DNA of 64,000 bases from Puniceicoccales bacterium. Its GTDB lineage: Bacteria; Verrucomicrobiota; Verrucomicrobiia; Opitutales; JAIRKQ01. The stretch's first letter is position 1. Every line of letters starts with the position of its first letter. Location of the stretch: positions 15,227 through 79,226 of the forward strand of contig JAIRYE010000010.1 of assembly GCA_031267915.1 (NCBI GenBank), written 5' to 3'. This document shows positions 1 to 9,063 of the stretch, in pieces. Under the pieces are notes generated by a model. That model ran no database searches. It saw nothing but the letters and a program-made list of their open reading frames with translations, and was not told the origin of the DNA. A program made the translations under genes and the position numbers.

Positions 1-967
1 GAACCGTGTAGAGCGCCGTTATGGATCCCTTTTCCGATTGACCAGCCCTTTCCATCAACTTTGGCAGCGTTTCGAAAACGGACGGAGGAAATCCTCGCCT
101 GGTGGGTGGTTCCCCTGCTGCCAGACCGATTTCACGCTGGGCACGGGCAAAGCGAGTAACCGAGTCCATCAGAAATAATACTTTTTTCCCATGATCCCTA
201 AAATATTCTGCTATGGCCGTTGCAACATAGGCAGCTTTTAGGCGCTCCATTGAGGATCTATCCGATGTTGAAATCACAAGAACTGATCGCTTGAGTCCAT
301 CCTCTCCCAAATCTTTTTCCACAAATTCTCTCACTTCACGGCCACGCTCTCCAACCAGTGCAAGAACATTTACTTCGGCTTCTGTGTTTCTTATTATCTG
401 GCCCAGCAGTGTGCTTTTTCCTCCTCCAGCAGCGGCGAAAATACCCATTCTCTGTCCCTCTCCACAGGTAAGCAAACCATCGAGTGCTCTCACTCCGAGC
501 GCCAGAGGTTTATCAATTGGATTTCTAAGCATTGCGTTTGGCGGATCGCAGTAGACCGGATAGAAGTCCGTTGTCTCAAGAGGTCCCTTTTTGTCACTGT
601 CGAGGGGCCGTCCGATGCCGTCAACCACCCTACCAAGGAGCTTATCCCCCACGGGAACCATGTGGACCTTTCCCGTCGGAATTACTTCCGTTGAATGGGA
701 AACTCCGCGAATATCCCCGATTGGGGTCAAAAGTGTCGCCTGGGAGGAAAATCCAACGACCTCTGCCATCAGCTCATGTTCTTCCCAGGGATTTTTCAGA
801 ATGCACAATTCGCCTATTTTTACACTCGGGACGGAAGCCCTTATTATGGTTCCCACGACCTGTATAACTTTGCCTTTTATTTGAATGAGCGACGAATCCT
901 CTATGGACTGCTCCAGCTGGTCAGTTATATAGAGGAAAGGGTTTGAATTGTCTTCTTCTTCGCTCAT
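1..967 (-). CDS. sctN: Type III secretion ATPase SctN (CdsN/YscN family), N-terminal about 322 aa; the 3' end runs off the window
   Basis: The minus-strand translation from ATG at 967 reads [11 protein letters not shown]...[45 protein letters not shown]...[25 protein letters not shown]. That gives Walker A (GGGKST) and the FliI/YscN-type Walker B region. It lies 5 nt downstream of sctL. Confidence 0.9.
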   Translation of the reverse strand, partial: MSEEEDNSNPFLYITDQLEQSIEDSSLIQIKGKVIQVVGTIIRASVPSVKIGELCILKNPWEEHELMAEVVGFSSQATLLTPIGDIRGVSHSTEVIPTGKVHMVPVGDKLLGRVVDGIGRPLDSDKKGPLETTDFYPVYCDPPNAMLRNPIDKPLALGVRALDGLLTCGEGQRMGIFAAAGGGKSTLLGQIIRNTEAEVNVLALVGERGREVREFVEKDLGEDGLKRSVLVISTSDRSSMERLKAAYVATAIAEYFRDHGKKVLFLMDSVTRFARAQREIGLAAGEPPTRRGFPPSVFETLPKLMERAGQSEKGSITALYTV

Positions 968-972
968 TGTTT

Positions 973-1656
973 CTATGGCCTTACCTTTGACAGTGCATTT
1001 TCCATGGATTCAAGTTGCACCGATATACTTGCATCTATTATCCCCAACTCGGTCTCCAGAAGGCATGATCCCGGCTGCAGATGTGCATCGGAAAGAATTT
1101 CCAAATGTTCCAAAATTGGTGTGTCCTGTGTAATTTCTGTTATTCTGTCCCGCAGCAGTTGTGCTTCGGAGGGTGCAACTTTCAGCGTTGCATGCTTTTG
1201 CAATTTAATTTTTTGCAAAGAATTTTTAACTATGCTTACGATCAACTCCGTCTTGTCGATTTTTCCAATAATTTTTCGCAGAGCTACCTTAACAACTTCC
1301 GTCACATCCTTCTCAAGTTGTGAGAAACTGTTCGCACTCTTTGTGACGAAATCCATCATAACATTGGAAATTTCCTGTTTCCCAGCTGCCAAGCCATCAG
1401 TGTATCCACGTTTTTCTTCCTCCTGTTTAGTTTTCTTCGCCTCCTCAACTATGGTATTTGCCTTTTTATCAGCTGCATCTATGACATCATCACTTTTTTT
1501 TTGTGCCTCCTGCAGGATTGTTTCGCAGGTAACTTTTGTCGATGACAACAGGTCCTTGCTGTTCAGCAGTGCGGCATACGACTTCGCCTTCAACACCTTG
1601 CCGGCTTGCTTTAAATCGAAGGACCTCAATTGAATTTGGTAAATATTGTGTGTCAT
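973..1656 (-). CDS. sctL: Type III secretion stator protein SctL (CdsL/YscL, FliH-like)
   Basis: 227 aa with a charged coiled-coil N-terminal half ([25 protein letters not shown]) and a FliH/YscL-like C-terminal half. It sits immediately upstream of sctN, and its start overlaps the upstream ORF stop by 4 nt. Confidence 0.75.
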   Translation of the reverse strand: MTHNIYQIQLRSFDLKQAGKVLKAKSYAALLNSKDLLSSTKVTCETILQEAQKKSDDVIDAADKKANTIVEEAKKTKQEEEKRGYTDGLAAGKQEISNVMMDFVTKSANSFSQLEKDVTEVVKVALRKIIGKIDKTELIVSIVKNSLQKIKLQKHATLKVAPSEAQLLRDRITEITQDTPILEHLEILSDAHLQPGSCLLETELGIIDASISVQLESMENALSKVRP

Positions 1657-2339
1657 GCCTGATTACCCTTGTTTACATTCAACTTTTCCAGAGAAAATTT
1701 CATAAGGTCGAAACATTTTTTCGCCAGAATTTCATCGCATTCCGCAGGAATATTAAGTTGCTCCTCCAGTATTAGATCCAATCTTTTTTTCACCTCTCCG
1801 GGGATCCTAAACAACGCCCTGCAGAGTATTTCCCTTCCAGTTTCTGCGATTTGCTTGCCGATCATTTCGCCTTTTGAAAATGTTTTTTTCAGAGGTGGGA
1901 CCATCTTCGAGAGCATCATGCCCCTCCTAATGATGAAGGAGTAAACGTCTTCCCCTATGAACTCCTGCAGGGCGTTTAGTTCCTTTTTGCTGACGATTTT
2001 TGCTATTTCCCTATACCAAAATATGGCGCCGGAAGCAATCATGGCGCGTTCGAGAAGTTCTTTTTTTGTTATTGCCAGCTGAACCACCTCTCCCGCTATG
2101 TCGTAGTCAACAACATTAGTTAGTCCAAATATGCTCAGTAAATTTTTTCTCAGAGTGGTTTTTGTGCACTCCGATCCCAGCAAAATCTCAAAAACATCCT
2201 GCCGATAGACATTTAAAATCTGTTCCCGTCTCTTGCTGGATAGGCTCTCCTCAATTTTAAAATTAAAATTATACCAATTTTGAAAGTAATCGAAATTGGA
2301 TACAACAATATTTTTCAAACTTTTGGCTATATCTACCAT
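1653..2339 (-). CDS. Hypothetical protein; positional candidate for SctK (sorting-platform component) between sctJ and sctL
   Basis: 228-aa ORF with an ATG start, 12 nt after the sctJ stop and overlapping the sctL start (ATGA). I recognise no motif. The call rests only on its position in the yscJ-K-L order. Confidence 0.5.
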   Translation of the reverse strand: MVDIAKSLKNIVVSNFDYFQNWYNFNFKIEESLSSKRREQILNVYRQDVFEILLGSECTKTTLRKNLLSIFGLTNVVDYDIAGEVVQLAITKKELLERAMIASGAIFWYREIAKIVSKKELNALQEFIGEDVYSFIIRRGMMLSKMVPPLKKTFSKGEMIGKQIAETGREILCRALFRIPGEVKKRLDLILEEQLNIPAECDEILAKKCFDLMKFSLEKLNVNKGNQA

Positions 2340-2351
2340 TGGTAAACCCTA

Positions 2352-3257
2352 TCATTTTTCTTCGGGTGGCATACTATTTTCTTCTTTTTCTGGCTCTTCA
2401 TCATCCAATTCGCTTACGGCCGCCGCACCTTCCTGCACAACAACCGGGGTACTCTGCTGAACTGTTTTTGTCACTCCGGCCAGTCTCCTTGATTTCCTTA
2501 GTTCCCAGAACAGGAAAGCTGCCGCTCCGGAAACACACAGCAGCAGGACGACCAGCATCACAATCACAATCACAAATTTTACAGCTGCGTCGCTTGTCAT
2601 CTTTAATCCAAGGACATTTACATTCGAGTCAATCACGCTGTCAATCACATCATCGGATTCGAAAGCTATGGGAAACATAGCAATTGAAATCTTATCGTAG
2701 TCTAGCCCCTGCACACTATTTGCGACGAGATATTTTATTTCCCGAACGGACTCGTCCAAATTGCTGCCGGCCTTGTAAATTAAAAATACCGACGCTGATG
2801 CTTCCGTAACTGTGTCCGCATAGGTATCGCTTTCCGGCAAAACTATGTGGACGCGAGATGTCAAAACACCCGGAATTTTATTCAGAGTTTCTCCGACGCT
2901 TTCAGAGAGAGCATACATGAACCTGGCGCGCTCTTCCAGCGGGGACGAAACAAATCCGGTCTTCTGGAAAATTTGTCCCATTGTGTTGTACTGCACGCTG
3001 GGATACCCCCTTGAGTTCAAAATTTTAACCGCCCTGGAGAAGTCATCGGAATTTTTCAGTACGATCGTCCACGTCAGCTCGACACCTGCTTTTTTCGTAA
3101 TTGGAATTTTATGCTGCTGCATGAGAGCAACGATTTCATTTGCTTCCTTTTCCGGAAGATTCGACAGCAATTCAACCTTGCCGCAACCGACCAGCAGTAG
3201 CAATGTAAATACGGGGAAAAACATGCGTAAACTTTTGAAAAAATCTTTCTTTTCCAT
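2352..3257 (-). CDS. sctJ: Type III secretion inner-membrane ring lipoprotein SctJ (CdsJ/YscJ/HrcJ)
   Basis: Signal peptide with lipobox (FTLLLLVGC), followed by the YscJ-family core (LLSNLPEKEANEIVALMQQHKIPITKK...GVLTSRVHIVLPE...ASASVFL) and a C-terminal TM segment. I prefer ATG at 3257 over the upstream GTG at 3278. Confidence 0.85.
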   Translation of the reverse strand: MEKKDFFKSLRMFFPVFTLLLLVGCGKVELLSNLPEKEANEIVALMQQHKIPITKKAGVELTWTIVLKNSDDFSRAVKILNSRGYPSVQYNTMGQIFQKTGFVSSPLEERARFMYALSESVGETLNKIPGVLTSRVHIVLPESDTYADTVTEASASVFLIYKAGSNLDESVREIKYLVANSVQGLDYDKISIAMFPIAFESDDVIDSVIDSNVNVLGLKMTSDAAVKFVIVIVMLVVLLLCVSGAAAFLFWELRKSRRLAGVTKTVQQSTPVVVQEGAAAVSELDDEEPEKEENSMPPEEK

Positions 3258-3402
3258 ATTATCTTTCCTGCGATCCACCGATTTAATTTTTCATATATAA
3301 AACATTGCAATACCTCGGCGAAATTCAGCACACATTATGATTTTCATCCGCATACTAGTCAAATGAAATTGTTCCAAAAAAATCAAAACTAGGTGAAAAA
3401 TA

Positions 3403-4641
3403 TCACACCACACCAGGAAATTTTCTGATGACGAAAATAATTACGCCTATGATCACTGCTTCTATCGCATGCATTAGATGCGAATATGAGCCCAGGTGTG
3501 TGCTGGAAAAGCTCATGAGGGAGACCCCAATCGCTCCAACAATTGCGGAAGAAAAATATATTAATCCGAGGATTGATCCGATATCTCTGTCTCCAAATAT
3601 CTTCGCCCAGGCAGCGGTTTTCAAGATTCCATACCCCCCCCACGAACTTCCCGTGCAAATAACGTACAGGGCAATTCCCAAAATACTTCCGCAGGATTCC
3701 AATCCAATTAGTCCAAGAAGCTGCAGGCAGAGCATCATCAATATGCATCGTTTTATTTTATTTTGGTCAATCTGTCTGCCAAATAGTGGGCCTGTGAGCA
3801 CCGATATGCAACACAGGTAGAAGCAGCTGTCACGGGCAAACCTGGATCCAATTCCGTTTTCCCGAAAAATATCAACAATGTGAACCATTGACCCACTCCC
3901 AATCAGTGAATTTATGCATACCGGCAGTGCTATGCACCAAAACACCGGCATTTTCAGCAATTTTCGCCTGGAAATTTTAATTTGCGGCTCCACAATTCCC
4001 CCCGGCTGCGGTGAAAATTTGATGCCGGAGGGTACATCCTCGAAGAATAAAAAAAAGACAACAAAAACACCAACAGCGACAACTGCCAGCGTTTTATAGG
4101 CACTCTGCCATTCGCCTCCCCGGGTTAAAAAATGCATGATGTGCTGCGCCCCCCCCGAAACAGTGGCAGAAAATATTCCACTCATGGCTATTGCGAAACC
4201 TTGATTTTCACTAAAAGTTTTTACAAGCTGAATGCGTCCCAGCATTGGCAGCATGCTTTGGCCCAAAAACCTCAGCAGAGAAAAATTTAAATAGAGAAAT
4301 AGAATTAAATATGCTGATCGGCTGAAAACATTTGCAAATAAGACATAAAATTTTTCGCAATTTCCCAGCACAAAAAAAACAAACGTCCAGATTAGTAGTG
4401 CTCCCAGAGTGGATTTTCGCACGCCAATTTCATCGACCACGCGATTGCTGAGCAGAACTAAAAAACATCCAGTTACCGTCGCACAGGTGTAAATTATGCT
4501 GAAGACATTTCGCGTCAAGCCGCTGGTGGAGAGGATTGAGTCCGTTATTGCTCCGATGCCAACAGATTCCCCCGGAAATCCAAAAACTATCAAAAAGCAG
4601 GATAGAAAAAATATTAAGCATTGTTTCCTCGACACCGCCAT
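3403..4641 (-). CDS. MFS-type transporter (12-TM-like membrane protein)
   Basis: 412 aa, hydrophobic throughout with a central charged loop (KISRRKLLK), which is the typical MFS layout. Substrate unknown. The gene contains two G8 runs (see findings). Confidence 0.7.
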   Translation of the reverse strand: MAVSRKQCLIFFLSCFLIVFGFPGESVGIGAITDSILSTSGLTRNVFSIIYTCATVTGCFLVLLSNRVVDEIGVRKSTLGALLIWTFVFFVLGNCEKFYVLFANVFSRSAYLILFLYLNFSLLRFLGQSMLPMLGRIQLVKTFSENQGFAIAMSGIFSATVSGGAQHIMHFLTRGGEWQSAYKTLAVVAVGVFVVFFLFFEDVPSGIKFSPQPGGIVEPQIKISRRKLLKMPVFWCIALPVCINSLIGSGSMVHIVDIFRENGIGSRFARDSCFYLCCISVLTGPLFGRQIDQNKIKRCILMMLCLQLLGLIGLESCGSILGIALYVICTGSSWGGYGILKTAAWAKIFGDRDIGSILGLIYFSSAIVGAIGVSLMSFSSTHLGSYSHLMHAIEAVIIGVIIFVIRKFPGVV

Positions 4642-4737
4642 AAATCGAGCAGAAAATGAATTATTTCGCCCGGGAAGACAACATTAAATATTGACTCGGC
4701 ACCCGTGGATTCTTTGCTATTCAGTTTAAAGGTTTGC

Positions 4738-4950
4738 ATGAGAGACGATTATTTGAAGGCAGCATCTGCAATTGTAAGAGAGCCGAACATATTGATAAAT
4801 GTTGTGTCAAAGAGGGTTAAACAATTGAAGGCGGGAGCGAAGCCTCTGACTGATTCGCTGGAAAAACTCGACATGGAAGACATCGCCCTAAAGGAAATCA
4901 TAGAAGGAAAACTCACCTACGAACTTCAAAACGAATTTCGTTGGAATTAA
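4738..4950 (+). CDS. rpoZ: Probable RNA polymerase omega subunit (RpoZ-like)
   Basis: 70 aa: NILINVVSKRVKQLKAGAKPL...EDIALKEIIEGKL resembles the omega N-terminal helix and the conserved (I)AL.EI..GK motif. The ATG at 4738 is preferred to the GTG at 4705. Confidence 0.5.
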   Translation: MRDDYLKAASAIVREPNILINVVSKRVKQLKAGAKPLTDSLEKLDMEDIALKEIIEGKLTYELQNEFRWN

Positions 4951-4976
4951 ATTTTTCGCGGAGGTGAGCAAATGCC

Positions 4977-5462
4977 ATGAAAAAGTCTCAAAAAGACAAA
5001 GGCAGCGTTTGCGAAATCCGCAATAAAAAAGCCTCCCATGATTATTTCATCGGGGAAACTTTTGAGGCGGGAGTTGCCCTGCTTGGCCCCGAAGTAAAGT
5101 CTCTGCGTGGCGGGAATGCCCAAATGGGAGATGCTTTCGTTCGTCCGAACCGCAGCGGAGAATTGTTCATCTATAATTTAAGCATCACAGAGTATAAGTT
5201 CCACACACTCAGCGAATACAACAGCACACGGCCACGAAAGCTGCTGCTCCATGGCGCTGAAATAAGAAAAATTTTGGTCGCAGTTGAACGTGAAAAAATG
5301 GTGGTCATTCCCCTGAAAATATTTTTCAAGCATGGCCTCGCTAAAATCAGCATAGCCATTTGCAAAGGAAAGAAGCTGTTTGACAAACGCGAAGCACTCA
5401 AGAAAAGTGAAGCCATCCGTGAAGCACAGAAGATAATATCCAACAGAATGCGCAGCGGTTAA
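4977..5462 (+). CDS. smpB: SsrA-binding protein SmpB
   Basis: 161 aa with NKKASHDYFI...EAGVALLGPEVKSLR...TRPRKLLLH..EI.K......EKMVVIPLK..FKHGLAKI.IAICKGKK.FDKRE, the canonical SmpB pattern. Confidence 0.9.
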   Translation: MKKSQKDKGSVCEIRNKKASHDYFIGETFEAGVALLGPEVKSLRGGNAQMGDAFVRPNRSGELFIYNLSITEYKFHTLSEYNSTRPRKLLLHGAEIRKILVAVEREKMVVIPLKIFFKHGLAKISIAICKGKKLFDKREALKKSEAIREAQKIISNRMRSG

Positions 5463-5556
5463 AGAGATACGCGAATTCCAGAGAAAGGGGCAATGTCCTC
5501 GGGTTCGCGGCAAGGCATTATCTTTCCCCTATTTTTAAAAAGTCTTTCCGAAAACT

Positions 5557-7056
5557 CTACATCTTGCGAAGTTTTCTGGAGGCGTATGCCCGCTTTTCCA
5601 GCTTCATGTGATGTTCCGCCCATCTTGCAATGCGCACAAACGGAAGTCCAATGAGAAAATAGATCACGGAAACAATTATTCCAACGCCAAAAAAATCAAA
5701 GGAATTACTCGCCGCAATGGAATACGCCTTTGTAAGCTCCACTATTGTGATCAGAGAAACCAGGGAAGAGTCCTTCAGCAGTGCTATGAAATCGTTTGTC
5801 AGCGGAGGCAAAATAAAAGTAAACGCCTGCGGCAATATGATGTGGCGAAGGGATTGCCACTGACTCATTCCCAATGCCCGTGCAGCTTCCATTTGACCAT
5901 AGGGAACAGCAGCCATTCCCGCACGAAAATTTTCCGTTTCATAGGAGGCGTAATTAATTCCAAGCGTAAGAATTCCCGCAACTATTGGAGACAGCGTAAT
6001 CCCTATGCGCGGAAGGCCATAGAAGATAAAAAATAATTGTATGAGAAGCGGTGTGCCGCGCAAAAACTCTATGATTGACACGATAATCAGGCGTATCCAT
6101 TTTGGCCCATACTCCCTTATGACTGCAAAACAAATTCCAAATACAATGGCTACCCCCATTCCCAGAGTCGAAAGTACCAGCGTAATGCAAGCAGCCTTGG
6201 CAAAAAATGGCACCAATTTTAGGTGTCTACTGAGAAAAATCTTACCTTTCTCCGTCTCTTTTACATTTCGGGCTAGTAGCTGTTCTCCCCGCTCTTTCGT
6301 GGCAATTAGTTTGGCGTAACTGCCGTTGCCTATCCCCCACTTTGAGATAATTGCATTCAGCGAACCATCTTTTTTCATCGCGTCGATTGCCTGGTTGATC
6401 TCAGCTAAAAGCTTGTCGTTCCCCTTCGCCAGAGCGATGGAATATTTCACTTCCTCAAATTCATCCATGATTTTCAAATTTGGAAGATATTTGGTGTAAT
6501 ATGCTGCAATCTGCCCATCTAGGATTATGGCATCAATGCGCCCATTTTTCAGATCAGCAATGGCACTGTATTCATCCGGGTAGTTGACAATTTTAACGCT
6601 TTTTAAATTCTTTGTTAGCGCAACCTCCGACTTTGAATTCTGCAAAATCCCAACGCTCCTGCCGTTGCAATCCAGAACAGATTTTATCTGCTCAGTATCG
6701 GCTCGAATAATCAGCGACAGAGGACACGCGTAGTAGGGAATCGAAAATGAAACGGCGGTGCTTCTTTCCTCACTGGTGACGATGCCATTAATTACCACAT
6801 CATACAAATTTCTCTGCAAACCTGGAATCAACACCTCCCAGTCATTTTGGCAAAACACTGCCCTGCGTCCGATGATGCCAGCAATTTTCTCTATGATATC
6901 CTTCTCAAATCCAGTCAAGGCCAGCAGATCATTGTCCGCATAAAAAACGTTTGGAGCTCCACTTCCGGAATCAGCAGCCCACCTTAGCAGCGAATCGTCA
7001 GCAGACAATCCGCATCCCAGAAGCAAAAATATCGCCAGAAGAAATTTTTTCATCAC
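5557..7056 (-). CDS. Amino-acid ABC transporter, fused periplasmic substrate-binding lipoprotein and permease
   Basis: N-terminal lipobox (LLLGCGLS) and a family-3 solute-binding domain. The C-terminal half has the His/Glu/Gln/Arg-type permease EAA-like region (EAARALGMSQWQSLRHIILPQA). It overlaps the ATPase gene stop by 4 nt. Confidence 0.85.
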   Translation of the reverse strand: MMKKFLLAIFLLLGCGLSADDSLLRWAADSGSGAPNVFYADNDLLALTGFEKDIIEKIAGIIGRRAVFCQNDWEVLIPGLQRNLYDVVINGIVTSEERSTAVSFSIPYYACPLSLIIRADTEQIKSVLDCNGRSVGILQNSKSEVALTKNLKSVKIVNYPDEYSAIADLKNGRIDAIILDGQIAAYYTKYLPNLKIMDEFEEVKYSIALAKGNDKLLAEINQAIDAMKKDGSLNAIISKWGIGNGSYAKLIATKERGEQLLARNVKETEKGKIFLSRHLKLVPFFAKAACITLVLSTLGMGVAIVFGICFAVIREYGPKWIRLIIVSIIEFLRGTPLLIQLFFIFYGLPRIGITLSPIVAGILTLGINYASYETENFRAGMAAVPYGQMEAARALGMSQWQSLRHIILPQAFTFILPPLTNDFIALLKDSSLVSLITIVELTKAYSIAASNSFDFFGVGIIVSVIYFLIGLPFVRIARWAEHHMKLEKRAYASRKLRKM

Positions 7057-7823
7057 ATGTATCGCTTGAGAAATCTACGTGTCCGCTCATCCTGGGGATT
7101 TATAAAAATTTCATCCTCATCGGAAATTTCCACAATCTCTCCATTTTCCACGTAAATTATATAATCGGAGGCATCTTTGGCAAATCGCATTTCGTGGGTA
7201 ACGATGATCTGCGTCATTCCCTCCTGGTCCAAATCCCGCATGACCTGCAGCACCTCCTCCACCATTTCCGGGTCCAGTGATGACGTGGGCTCATCGTAGA
7301 GCATAACCTTTGGTTTCATTGCCAGCGCACGTGCAATTGCTGCACGCTGTTTCTGTCCTCCCGACAAGCTCCAGGGGTAGCGTCCGCTAAATTTTTTCAG
7401 GCCAACTTTTCCCAGCAGCATCATCGCCAAATCTCTGGCCTTTTCCGGATTTTCCTTTTTAACTATCACCTGCGCCAGGGAAACATTTTCCAGCAAAGTT
7501 TTGTGGGGAAAAAGATTGAACTCCTGAAATACCATGCCCACATTTTGCCGCAAATCATGGGCAAGTTTCCAGAAAAGGTCTTCGTTTTTTTCGTGCTCAA
7601 CTGCACGCAAACAAACTCCGTCTATGGTGATTTCTCCCTCATCCAACACTTCCAAGCAGTTGAGACACCGCAGCAGCGTGGACTTCCCACACCCAGATGG
7701 ACCGATCAGTGACACCAAGTCTCCGCTTTCTATATCAAAGGACACGTCCTTTAAAATTTTGTTGTCGCCATAACTTTTGCAAAGATTCGAAACGTGAATT
7801 AAAGACTCGGCTTGCTTTGGCAT
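7053..7823 (-). CDS. Amino-acid ABC transporter ATP-binding protein (GlnQ/ArtP-like)
   Basis: Walker A GPSGCGKST, signature LSGGQKQRAAIARAL, Walker B VMLYDEPTSSLD. The internal ATG (MPKQAESLIHV) avoids overlap with lspA. Confidence 0.9.
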   Translation of the reverse strand: MPKQAESLIHVSNLCKSYGDNKILKDVSFDIESGDLVSLIGPSGCGKSTLLRCLNCLEVLDEGEITIDGVCLRAVEHEKNEDLFWKLAHDLRQNVGMVFQEFNLFPHKTLLENVSLAQVIVKKENPEKARDLAMMLLGKVGLKKFSGRYPWSLSGGQKQRAAIARALAMKPKVMLYDEPTSSLDPEMVEEVLQVMRDLDQEGMTQIIVTHEMRFAKDASDYIIYVENGEIVEISDEDEIFINPQDERTRRFLKRYM

Positions 7824-7858
7824 TTTTTTTAGAAATTTACGGCTAATAAAACATGGAA

Positions 7859-8353
7859 TCAGCACGCTTTTTGCGCTTTTTTTTGAAAAGTAAACAGTAA
7901 AATTATTACACCGATGCAAATTGCAGCATCGGCTATGTTGAACGTTGGCCAGCGATAAATTTTCAAATCGACGTCGATGAAATCAATGACGTATCCCCTC
8001 GCAATTCTGTCGGCGGTATTGCCCAAAATTCCTCCGGCCACCGCTGCTGCCATAAATTTTTGAATGGAAGTTTCAAAGTACTTGCGGAACAGAAATAGCG
8101 CAGCCATTGCAAGAATTCCAATCGCAGATAAAATCCACGCATGTCCTCTGAACATGCTCCACGCAGCACCGGTATTTTCCGCATAGCGGAGCGACAGAAA
8201 TGAATTGATTCTAATCGCATTTATGCCGGCGAACTTTTGCACGGCGAACTTTGTAATCTGATCGCAAATCGCAATCGCGCCCGCGGTGATCAGGCAAAAA
8301 TATTTTACAGCTCTGCTACTCATTCCCTGATTCAAATTCTGCCATTTCATCAT
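7859..8353 (-). CDS. lspA: Lipoprotein signal peptidase II
   Basis: 164 aa, four TM segments, conserved N.GAAWS.F and VIDFID....WPTFNIADA motifs. Confidence 0.85.
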   Translation of the reverse strand: MMKWQNLNQGMSSRAVKYFCLITAGAIAICDQITKFAVQKFAGINAIRINSFLSLRYAENTGAAWSMFRGHAWILSAIGILAMAALFLFRKYFETSIQKFMAAAVAGGILGNTADRIARGYVIDFIDVDLKIYRWPTFNIADAAICIGVIILLFTFQKKAQKAC

Positions 8354-9056
8354 CGGCCTGATCTATCTGAAAGATTGACCCCTGGGAGACTTCATATTTC
8401 CTGCTTTTTTCTATTTCCTGCTGACCCTCTATGGAATATCTCGCAAATGGTACAGCCAGTAATCTCTGCGATTCTATTGGTTTTTCCGTTAGCTCGCAAA
8501 TGCCGTAGGTGCCGTCGTAAATGCGCTGAATTGCCTCTTCAATTTCTGTCAGCGCCTCCTGTTCGTTTGCCATCAGGCTTATGGCAAACTCGGAATCAAA
8601 TGACTCAATTTCCGGATCCACGCCATCCTGCTTCACTTTGCCAACGGAAATCGCCAAATTATCATTCGTCAGTTTCGAAAGCTCAATTTTAACATCGTTT
8701 TTCAATTTCAGCAAAAGCTTGTAGTATTTTCTATATTTCAGAGGGATTTCTTCGGGATCCTTGTCGCGAATGCTTGGCTGCTTTGATAAAATTGGATTAA
8801 ATCCCAGAATATCAGCAATTGATGCCGCTCCAATCTTCTGTTGCCCGGGCTCATTTGTCTTTTTGGCGAGAATATTTTTTTTCTTTTCGATTGTTTGATC
8901 ACTTTTTTCCAAAAAGGAATTTGCCTTCTTTGACTGTATCAAATTGCGGGCATCCTCAATGGAGAAAATAGAATCATCCCTCCTTCTGCTCCTGGCAAAA
9001 TGCCTTCCGCCCTCTTTGTTGCTTAAAATTTGATTACCTACTGCCATAGTGCCCAT
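8316..9056 (-). CDS. dksA: DksA/TraR-family regulator with a long N-terminal extension and a degenerate zinc finger
   Basis: The C-terminal part has a coiled coil followed by YDGTYGICELTEKPIESQRLLAVPFARYSIEGQQEIE, the DksA C4 region with only one Cys retained. It is adjacent to lspA. ATG at 9056 is chosen to avoid overlap with ileS. Confidence 0.65.
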   Translation of the reverse strand: MGTMAVGNQILSNKEGGRHFARSRRRDDSIFSIEDARNLIQSKKANSFLEKSDQTIEKKKNILAKKTNEPGQQKIGAASIADILGFNPILSKQPSIRDKDPEEIPLKYRKYYKLLLKLKNDVKIELSKLTNDNLAISVGKVKQDGVDPEIESFDSEFAISLMANEQEALTEIEEAIQRIYDGTYGICELTEKPIESQRLLAVPFARYSIEGQQEIEKSRKYEVSQGSIFQIDQADDEMAEFESGNE

Positions 9057-9063
9057 TGCATTC

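Noticed and set aside
291-946. Several 83-111-aa plus-strand ORFs
   Set aside because: All are antisense to the sctN coding sequence, whose translation has unambiguous ATPase motifs.
1004-1633. 209-aa plus-strand ORF
   Set aside because: It is antisense to sctL, inside a tightly coupled T3SS operon. The translation is Ser/Cys/Phe-rich and low-complexity.
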